From: Octopus sinensis
Taxonomy: Eukaryota
Assembly (NCBI RefSeq): GCF_006345805.1
Contig: NW_021825260.1
Location: forward strand, 1-15,910
DNA length: 15,910 nt
Reading direction: 5' to 3'
The position numbers were made by a program, and so were the translations under genes. Positions 1 through 7,237 of the stretch are shown here, piece after piece; the first letter of the stretch is position 1, and every line of letters begins with the position of its first letter. The notes beneath the pieces were generated by a model, which had not been told where the DNA came from, searched no databases, and saw only the letters and a program-made list of their open reading frames with translations.

Positions 1-252
1 TATATATTATTATATATAACACACACATTTACCCACACAGTATAGTGCATGTCCTTGCGTGAGAGTATGTGTGAGTGCGTGTGGTTGGGTGAATATATAT
101 ATATATGCACACACACACATTAACACAAACACATGCACATATGGTGTTTGAAGTATATGTGAATGTGAGAGCGCGTGTATGGGTGGGTGTGAGTACGTGT
201 GTGTATGTGAGTGTGTGTGTGTGTGTGTGTGGTAGTCTGTGTTTGTGTGTGT
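1..252. repeat. Low-complexity TA / CA / TG microsatellite mosaic
   Basis: (TA)n at 1-20 and 95-106, CA runs, and a (TG)n tract at about 200-252. Explains ORFs 29..277 and 105..320. Confidence 0.9.
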
Positions 253-455
253 ACACGTTCTTCAGTTGGAGATCCATGCGATCCCTTAAATTTCAATGTA
301 ATTTAGTGTTTCTCTATTAAACGAATGTGTCCTTTACATCAGATGATATGATGTGAATTAGGGATTTGACTAGAGTTTATACCAAAACCATTGCCGATGT
401 TGTTATTATTGTCGTAACAGTTGTTTAAACTATTATTGTTGGTGGTGGTATATTT

Positions 456-600
456 CTAGAAACGTTGGAAAAATTGCTTTGTGGTACTTGCTGCGTCATT
501 TTACGTTCTGAGTTCAAATCTTCTCTTTCATGTAATGTACCTGTAAAACAGTGCATGTAATCGAGTATCCTTTTCCCTAAAATCTGCTGACTTTGCGTCT
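456..600 (+). mobile_element. Highly degenerate tRNA-derived SINE copy
   Basis: TTTACGTTCTGAGTTCAAAT (about 508-527) matches the B-box region of the SINE at 2793-3020. CATGTAATCGAGTA...AAAATCTGCTGACTTTG matches the family 3' half. A trinucleotide tail follows at 602. Confidence 0.45.
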
Positions 601-601
601 C

Positions 602-705
602 AGTTATCATCATCATCATCATCATTGTCATCAACACCACCACGATCATCATCATCATCATCATCATTATTATTATTATTGTTATTGTTGTTGTTGCTGT
701 TATTA
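602..705. repeat. Compound trinucleotide microsatellite (CAT)n-(TAT)n-(TGT)n
   Basis: Direct reading. Source of the poly-H/M/S/L ORFs 425..667, 593..787 and 625..852. Confidence 0.95.
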
Positions 706-820
706 TTTACATTTAATCTACATATTTGTTACAATCACTTGCCGAGAAACACCCAGTGTCGTAGGGCGAGTGAAGGATACAGTATGACCGAAAGCTTGTT
801 ATATAATAATAGAATGCAAT

Positions 821-1212
821 CAATCTACTGTAAACTATATTACTTTATGTAATTTTCATAATATATTACATATATTTAATATTTTGCAATGTTATATTTT
901 TTACTATAATTTGTTTCTAAAATTCAAAATATGATACATTAGAATATGTTATACTTTTATCAATTTCATTATGGTATATATAACGATATATACTATATTT
1001 CATATATTATATAATTTTATATGTATTATATCATATTAGGCTACAATATAAAATATTATTTATATATATATAATGTTATATCATATTTCATATATATATA
1101 CATATATATATATATACAAAGTTATATTATTATATATTATATTAATCATAATATGTTATATTATATTGTATTATATCACATTGTATTATATCATATTCTG
1201 TTATATTATATC
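821..1212. repeat. AT-rich low-complexity tract (TATAT/TATTA motifs)
   Basis: Almost exclusively A/T with degenerate (TA)n and TTATA units. Source of the Y/I-rich ORFs 1021..1263 and 1073..1336. Confidence 0.9.
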
Positions 1213-1380
1213 AGTTTCAAATTATGGCACAAAGCCAACAATTTCGTGGGTGGGTCAAGTTGATTACATCGACCCCAGTTCTCAATGTACTTATTGTAAA
1301 GAACCCGAAAGGATGAAAGCAAAGTTGACCCCTTAAAGTTTGAAGAAAGGCCGCTAAGCATTTTGTCTGCACGCTGCCTT
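1213..1380 (-). mobile_element. Degenerate SINE copy (same superfamily as 2793-3020), internally deleted
   Basis: GATTACATCGACCCCAGT...GTACTTATT...ACCCGAAAGGATGAAAGCAAAGTTGACC and GCCGCTAAGCATTTTG align by eye with 2858-2990. Ends in GCCTT, the reverse complement of the head start. Confidence 0.7.
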
Positions 1381-1454
1381 ATTATATTATATAATATTGC
1401 ATTTCACAAGGAGGCTCCATTGTTAGATCGATGAAGCCTTTTAGTGTTTAATTA

Positions 1455-1720
1455 CGGTCGTTTAGTTTCTGAGTCGAAATCTGGCCAATTTTAACTTTGC
1501 TCTTTATCCTTCGGTGTCGATAAAACAATTTACTTGAATGTATATGTGTGTGCATTTTTGTGCATGTGGGTGTATGTATGACTATAGAAAATTTTTTAAA
1601 TAGTCTAAGTAAAAAAAATGAAGCAACATGAAGACATTTGCACAAAAGGGCGTTCGGTGTCGATAAATTAATTTACAAGTCAAATAATACGGCTGATTTC
1701 ATCAACTGAGCCTTGATGTC
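1455..1720 (+). mobile_element. SINE fragments (B-box/core region, core partly duplicated)
   Basis: TTTCTGAGTCGAAATCTGGCC...AACTTTGCTCTTTATCCTTCGGTGTCGATAAA at about 1465-1525. TTCGGTGTCGATAAA recurs at about 1652-1666. Confidence 0.4.
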
Positions 1721-2149
1721 ATACTTCTTGTCTTATGTCTATACAAGAAACTATTATATTGTAATATATTGTTTTATAGTGTATTATAATATATTAAGTT
1801 ATGTAACACTATACTACAATATGTTTTACCAAAATCTTATCAAATTTTTCATGTATAACATGAAACAGAAGCGTAGACAATTCACCCGGCATTAGAACTT
1901 TATGGTAAGTAGGCAATCAAATATGGTTGGATAAGAGAAGATCCCTTCAGTTTGGCCTGACATATGAAACAGTTGGCGTCCCGTCAATTTCACTGAAATT
2001 ATAAAACTTATCAATTTATAAAAGTGATCGTGTTCAGCAAGTGATGTCATAACGGTTTAACACTACAGACCCTGGAATTCAGATACTCTGGAGTGGTATT
2101 ATGCCTATCGTAATAGGTAATCCGTCTTCATAAAAGTGGTAGTCTCATT

Positions 2150-2600
2150 CTTGTTGTACCAGTTATAAGTGAGACGATGATATATTTCTTGATAACCATA
2201 ATATCTTTATTTCTAATTCAAGCTCACTCTAATTTTTAGAACTTTCAGTTACTTCTATACATTATAGTTATTTCGTATTGCTATATCAATTACTAATACA
2301 CGATTGTCGTTCTGTTCCTGGACAATGATATCATGCTTGTTATACTGGTCTGTCTAAATATCTCACATTCCACAATGTTTTCCCATTATCATTGTTTAAA
2401 TGAGATGGATATTCTTATGCGTACAACAGAAACTTTTCTCTTAGGAGTTGAAAAAGAGTTGTCAGACATATATAGAACATGTTTCCTTGCGTTATTGTGT
2501 CTCTAGTTTGATGGTGATATGGTGTAAAATATCCTGTAACAATATTCTCTATACTTGTTTGTCTAAATACACTTCACGGTCATCTGCGTTTGTTACCTAA
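2150..2600 (-). pseudogene. Very old remnant of an R4/Dong-type LINE (knuckle-to-RLE region)
   Basis: Manual minus-strand translation across frameshifts gives ENIVTG...RHNNA...KTLWN...NKHDIIVQEQNDNRVLVIDIAIRNNYNV...ELEIKILW. This parallels NRPDIVVRDHQEKKCFLIDVSIPADDNV...DLEIEVTRMW of ORF 6263..6523. Absent from the ORF track; boundaries approximate. Confidence 0.55.
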
Positions 2601-2700
2601 ATTGCAAGAATTGTTAATATTTCTTTCCATATATACACAGGTGACAGCCTGATCCTCTAGCGCGAATATTGATCGGTCCTCACCTCATTAACACAAGATT

Positions 2701-2790
2701 GATATTATTATTATTGTTAGTAGTAGTGGTAGTAGCAGCAGCAGCAGTAGCAGTAGTAGTAGTAGTAGTACTACTACTACTACTACTATA
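2701..2790. repeat. Compound microsatellite (TAT)n-(TAG/CAG)n-(CTA)n, self-complementary about AGTACT at 2767-2772
   Basis: Direct reading. A (TAG)n run abuts its own reverse complement (CTA)n. Confidence 0.9.
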
Positions 2791-2792
2791 CC

Positions 2793-3020
2793 TATTTCTT
2801 TACTGCCCGCAAGGAGATAAACACAGAGGGGACAAACAAGGACAAACGGATTAAGTCGATTACATCACCCCAGTGCGTAACTGGTACTTAATTTATCGAC
2901 CCCAAAAGGATGAAAGGCAAAGTCGACCTCGGCGGAATTTGAACTCAGAAAGCAGCGACAGGCGAAATACGGCTACGCATTTCGCCCGGCGTGCTAACAA
3001 TTCTGCCAGCTCGCCGCCTC
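2793..3020 (-). mobile_element. Full-length tRNA-derived SINE with 11-bp target-site duplication
   Basis: Minus-strand head GGCGGCGAGC TGGCAGAATTGTT (A-box-like), B box GTTCAAATTCC (plus 2934-2944), 5' GGCGG able to pair with CCGCC after the B box, and an 8-bp stem at 2961-2968/2979-2986. Core GCCTTTCATCCTTTTGGGGTCGATAAA resembles the MetaSINE-type central domain from memory (unverified). Flanked by the direct repeat ACTACTATACC at 2782-2792 and 3021-3031. Confidence 0.9.
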
Positions 3021-3090
3021 ACTACTATACCATTTAGAATAGCCTCTGGATGGTGCCTGTACCACTTATCATGGGATCTAAATTTGTAGC

Positions 3091-3152
3091 TATTATTATT
3101 AATTTTGTTATCATTAACAACTACCGCAGCAACATTAGTAGTAGTAGTTGTT

Positions 3153-3188
<36 letters not shown>

Positions 3189-3346
3189 GTAGCAGCAGTA
3201 CTACTACTACTACTACTACTATTGCTGTGGTAGTTGTTAATGATAACAAAATTAATTATAATAATAGTAGTAGTAGTACTACTACTACTACTGCTACTAC
3301 TACTAATTCCAATACTGCTGCTGCTATTATTATTGTTATTATTATT
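3091..3346. repeat. Palindromic microsatellite complex with 34-bp unique inverted arms
   Basis: 3099-3132 is the reverse complement of 3222-3255 (33/34 match), enclosing (TAG)n then (CTA)n. A second (TAG)n/(CTA)n flip occurs at about 3275-3280. Confidence 0.9.
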
Positions 3347-3347
3347 A

Positions 3348-3531
3348 GGGAGGCGAGCTGTCAGAGTTGTTCGTACGTCGGACAAAAAGCTTAGCGACAT
3401 TTCTTCCGACTTTATGTTATGAGTACAAATGCCGCTGTGATCATCTTTGCCTTCATTCTTTTGGAGTCGATAGTACTAGTCAAGCCATGCGTTCCATGTA
3501 ATTGACTACCGCCAACCTCAAGCCTTGTTCC
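3348..3531 (+). mobile_element. Diverged SINE copy, interrupted near its 3' end by the DNA transposon; residual tail at 5270-5285
   Basis: GGAGGCGAGCTGTCAGAGTTGTT head, decayed B box GAGTACAAATGCC, core CTTTGCCTTCATTCTTTTGGAGTCGATA and 3' motif AGCCTTGTTCC (compare GGCTTTGTGCC in the 1213-1380 copy). Confidence 0.7.
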
Positions 3532-3761
3532 GGATCTTTTCAATTGTGTGGCCAGGAGCCCAGATCTTTCTACTTAACTAAATAATTTGAAACTTCGTAT
3601 GCTGGTACAGTGTTTCAAAACAAGACACAAGTTGGAACTAGTTTATTTGAGAAAAATCTATTTTATGACTTTAATCGTAGATTAAAACTGCGAATTTTTA
3701 ACCAATGAGATTGCTTGTTTTCATATTTAATACGTTACTGCATTCTGTTAGTGTGACGTAG

Positions 3762-3983
3762 AAAAGCAGTTTTTCCCTCATCATCCCTCTTTCTCTCTCA
3801 CTCTTTCTATCTGTTCATCTCTCTATCACAGTCTGTCAGCCTGTCTCTTTCTTTCTTCCTCTTTCTCTCACTCTCTCTCCCTCTCTTCATCTCTATCTTT
3901 ATCTCAGTTTCTCTCTCTCCCTCTCTCGCTCATCATCTCTCACTCTTTCTATCTGTCCGTCTCTCTATCACAGTCTATCTGCC
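3762..3983. repeat. CT-rich low-complexity segment with an internal ~45-bp duplication, present only in the left arm of the transposon
   Basis: CTCTCACTCTTTCTATCTGT.C.TCTCTCTATCACAGTCT occurs at about 3795-3835 and 3937-3976. The right arm joins GTGACGTAG directly to TAAACATATGG. Confidence 0.8.
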
Positions 3984-5025
3984 TAAACATATGGTATGTA
4001 AACAAATGTAAACAAAACAATAACGATGACATTTTTTACTCGGTGTATGTGTATATGTATGAATGTATGTATGAATGTATGTATGTATGTGTGTATGTAT
4101 CTATGTATGTGTGTGTGTATGTGTGTGTATGTATGTGTGTGTATGTATGTATGTATGTATGTATGTATGTATGGCCGATTCGGTGTTTACTTTATTTCGA
4201 GTTAAAACGAAAGATTATCAAAAAAAATTTTGTTTATATCTTCGATCACTGTCATTATTCCATTGAGTCAACCTCATTATTTTTTACATAGCAAAGGTAA
4301 TCTTTCGTTTTAACTCGAAATAAAGTAAACACTGAATCAGCCATACATACATACATACACACACACATACATACATAGATACATACACACACACACACAT
4401 ACATACACACACATACATACATAGATACATACACACACACACACATACATACAGATACACATACACCGAGTATTCACTCGAAAAAACTAAACACTGAATC
4501 GGCTATACATACATACATACACACACACACATACATACACACACATACACACACATACATAGATACATACACACACACACACATGCATACATATACACAT
4601 ACACCGAGTAAAAAATTTCATCGTTTTGTTTACATTTCACATCCCATGTGTGACATACACACACACACACACATACATACATACACACACACACACATAG
4701 ATACATACACACACACATACATACACACACATACATACATAGATACATACACACACACATACATACATAAAGATACACATACACCGAGTATTCACTCGAA
4801 AAAACTAAACACCGAATCGGCCATACATACATACATACATACATACATACATACATACACACACATACATACACACACATACACACACACACACACATAC
4901 ATAGATACATACACACATACATACATACATTCATACATACATACATTCATACATATACACATACACCGAGTAAAAAATTTCATCGTTATTGTTTTGTTTA
5001 CATTTGTTTACATACCATATGTTTA
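3984..5025. repeat. Inner palindrome of the transposon: one left unit, 80-bp loop, four tandem inverted units built from TATG/TG microsatellite plus short unique spacers
   Basis: 3984-4201 is a near-perfect reverse complement of 4796-5025. 4195-4217 pairs with 4298-4320, leaving a loop at 4218-4297. Spacer ACACCGAGTATTCACTCG at about 4463 and 4781; spacer ACACCGAGTAAAAAATTTCATCGTT at 4601 and about 4963. Confidence 0.9.
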
Positions 5026-5285
5026 CTACGTCACCAAATTGGTGGTCGAGACGGAGTCAATAATATGAAGCCGAAAGACGGAATACCATTGGTTAAAATT
5101 CTAATTATTAAACAATGTTAAACTTAGAAATTACAATTCCGTTTTCATTCTGGTTTACAATTAAGTTTACTTATGACACATTCTACCAGTATACGAAGTT
5201 TCAAATTGTTTGGTTCAGTAGGAAAAATTTGAAAAAACTGGCCTCACAAATGAAAAGATCCCTTGTTCCTAGAGTAGACACAAAA

Positions 5286-5328
5286 ATTATTATTATTATT
5301 GTTGTTGTTGTTATTATTATTATCATCA

Positions 5329-5401
<73 letters not shown>
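5286..5401. repeat. (ATT)n microsatellite, i.e. (TAA)n on the minus strand
   Basis: Direct reading; a few GTT and ATC variant units. Confidence 0.97.
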
Positions 5402-5956
5402 GAGTGAGAGAGCAGTGCATGCCATCAAAGTGACACTGGGGTAAAATATGCGAAGCCCAATATACCCATCATGACTACCCGTCTGATAAGGGTACACCAG
5501 GCACATGCATCACAACCATATGTGCGCGACATGGTGATCTCATATCAAGATAAACAACGCATGACCTTGCAGGTGGGGCCCAGTTAGAATTTTCTTCAGG
5601 TTGAGTAGCCCATCCCGCTCAAAAGGTCCCTGAATAAGGGTTGTTTAAGGATGTTGAAAGAACCACCCATGTTTCCAGAGGTGAAATATTCAAACCCCAA
5701 AGAATCCCTCTCAACACATGGCTATGATGCTCCCCCACTACTTCTGCTCGTGATCAGAGATGCACATATCGTCAGTCACTAAGGGACATGCTCAACTGGT
5801 CATGGTCAAACAACTGACAAGCAAATTTGTTGTATTGAGCAGAATATTTGCTGTAGCCCATCTTTTATACCAAGACAAAACAATGTACATGATAACACTT
5901 CCAATCAGTTAAGATCAGAAGCCATGTGAGCCACTGCCTGGTCTCTGCATCAGGGC
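5402..5956 (-). mobile_element. Element X copy 1: 555-bp unclassified non-coding repeat bounded by (TAA)n on both sides (longest copy)
   Basis: The same sequence recurs at 6818, 12905 and 15740 with an identical left boundary ATT|GAGTGAG. Strand is inferred from the constant left end and variable right end. No credible ORF. Confidence 0.85.
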
Positions 5957-5975
5957 ATTATTATTATTATTATTA

Positions 5976-6068
<93 letters not shown>
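5957..6068. repeat. (ATT)n microsatellite
   Basis: Direct reading. Confidence 0.97.
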
Positions 6069-6071
<3 letters not shown>

Positions 6072-6748
6072 TAGTTTTTTATTTTTATAGCGTGCTTTCA
6101 CTTCACTACCGAGCGCAGCTCTATGTGCCTTGGGTATGTGCTGTGATTTGTTCTGATGCTCTGATGGTTATTGTATGGAAAGTGTTCTGCGTAGGATGTG
6201 TGCAGTGCCTAGTAGTGCAATTTTCTGTATGTTATATGTGTTTGTAAGTCCTGGTGTTTTTGTTATGTATTTGTCTGAATATTTGTTTTATCATGCCTAA
6301 TGATAGGACTTGTTTCTGTTTTTAGATTCCACATTCTGGTTACCTCTATTTCGAGGTCTTTGTATTTTGAGAGTTTCTCCATTTCTTTTAGAGACACGTT
6401 GTCATCAGCCGGTATTGATACATCAATTAGAAAGCATTTTTTTTCTTGATGATCTCTGACAACTATATCTGGTCTGTTGGCCTTAATTTCTCTATCTGTG
6501 TGTATCGGCATATCCCAGAGCATGGTTGCTTTCTCGTTTTCTGTGACCTTTTCTGGTGTGTGCCTATACCATCTTTTTTCTGTTGTTATTCCATAATGTT
6601 GGCATAGCGTCCAATGTATGTAGGTTCCAACTCTGTTATGTCTGTGAATATATTCCTTCTTAGCCAGGACTGGGCAGCTAGAGATAATATGATTTATTGT
6701 TTCTTGTCCATCTCCACATATTCTGCAGTTACTTGTAATTTTTTTTTT
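6069..6748 (-). mobile_element. LINE A: 5'-truncated R4/Dong-clade non-LTR retrotransposon (RLE domain plus 3' UTR)
   Basis: ORF 6263..6523 ILWDMPIHTDREIKANRPDIVV...FLIDVSIP...EKLSKY carries the PD-D-K restriction-like endonuclease motif. C-terminus LLGTAHILRRTLSIQ with stop at 6168-6170. About 100-bp 3' UTR with AATAAA joins (AAT)n. An 11-bp deletion relative to LINE C shifts the frame. Confidence 0.9.
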
Positions 6749-6764
6749 ATTATTGTTATTATTA

Positions 6765-6817
<53 letters not shown>
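6749..6817. repeat. (ATT)n microsatellite
   Basis: Direct reading. Confidence 0.97.
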
Positions 6818-7237
6818 GAGTGAGAGAGCAGTTCATGCCATCAAAGTGACACTGGGGTAAAATATACGAAGCCCAATATACCTATCATGACTACCCGTCT
6901 GATAAGGGTACACCAGGCACATGCATCACAACCATATGTGCGCGACATGGTGATCTCATATCAAGATAAACAGCACATGACCTTGCATGTGGGGCCCAGT
7001 TAGAATTTTCTTCAGGTTGAGTAGCCCATCCCGCTCGAAAGGTCCCTGAATAAGGGTTGTTTAAGGATGTTGAAATAACCACCCATGTTTCCAAAGGTGA
7101 ATTATCCAAAGCCCAAAAGAATCCCTCTCAACACATGGCTATGATGCTCCCCCACTACTTCTGCTTGTGATCAGAGATGCACATATCGTCAGCCACTAAG
7201 GGACAGGCTCAACTGGTTATGGTCAAACAACTGACAA
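6818..7237 (-). mobile_element. Element X copy 2 (5'-truncated, 420 bp)
   Basis: Colinear with 5402-5820 at roughly 95% identity by eye. Similarity stops after CAACTGACAA, where LINE B sequence begins. Confidence 0.9.

Larger units (their letters stand above)
3532..5261. mobile_element. Non-autonomous foldback-type DNA transposon (long modular inverted repeats, 8- or 9-bp TSD)
   Basis: Termini 3532-3555 vs reverse complement of 5238-5261 match 22/24 (GGATCTTTTCA...). Block 3570-3606 vs 5185-5221 matches 33/37. GAATTTT(T)AACCAATG and GTGACGTAG also occur in both arms. CTTGTTCC is directly repeated at 3524-3531 and 5262-5269 (CCTTGTTCC if 9 bp). No transposase ORF. Confidence 0.85.

Noticed and set aside
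29-1336. ORFs rich in H/T, V/C, poly-M/H/L/S and Y/I
   Set aside because: Translations of TG/CA, CAT/TAT and TA-rich microsatellites; no domain content.
2793-3531. The two head-to-head SINEs as arms of one large fold-back duplication
   Set aside because: They differ in head and 3' sequence (different subfamilies and ages), and the left one has its own TSD.
4043-5068. Several YVCM / HTHT repeat ORFs up to 161 aa, and a repeat-spacer look resembling a CRISPR array
   Set aside because: TATG/TG microsatellite translations. The spacers are themselves repeated, there are no cas genes, and the context is a eukaryotic transposon.
5115-5506. ORFs 5115..5444 and 5201..5506 (and the similar 12746..13009)
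   Set aside because: They read through (ATT)n tracts into X or transposon ends. The shared peptide merely reflects repeated X sequence.
5470-5945. Hammerhead ribozyme (CTGATAAG on plus, CTGACGA on minus) or tRNA-derived head (TGGCTCACATGG A-box-like) in element X
   Set aside because: No correctly placed GAAA and stems for a hammerhead, and no B box downstream of the A-box-like motif.
5401-5957. Element X as a solo LTR (appears to read TG...CA)
   Set aside because: The outer T and A belong to the flanking AAT repeat phase seen at all other junctions. There is no polyadenylation signal or 4-6-bp TSD, and one-sided truncation of the other copies fits TPRT better.
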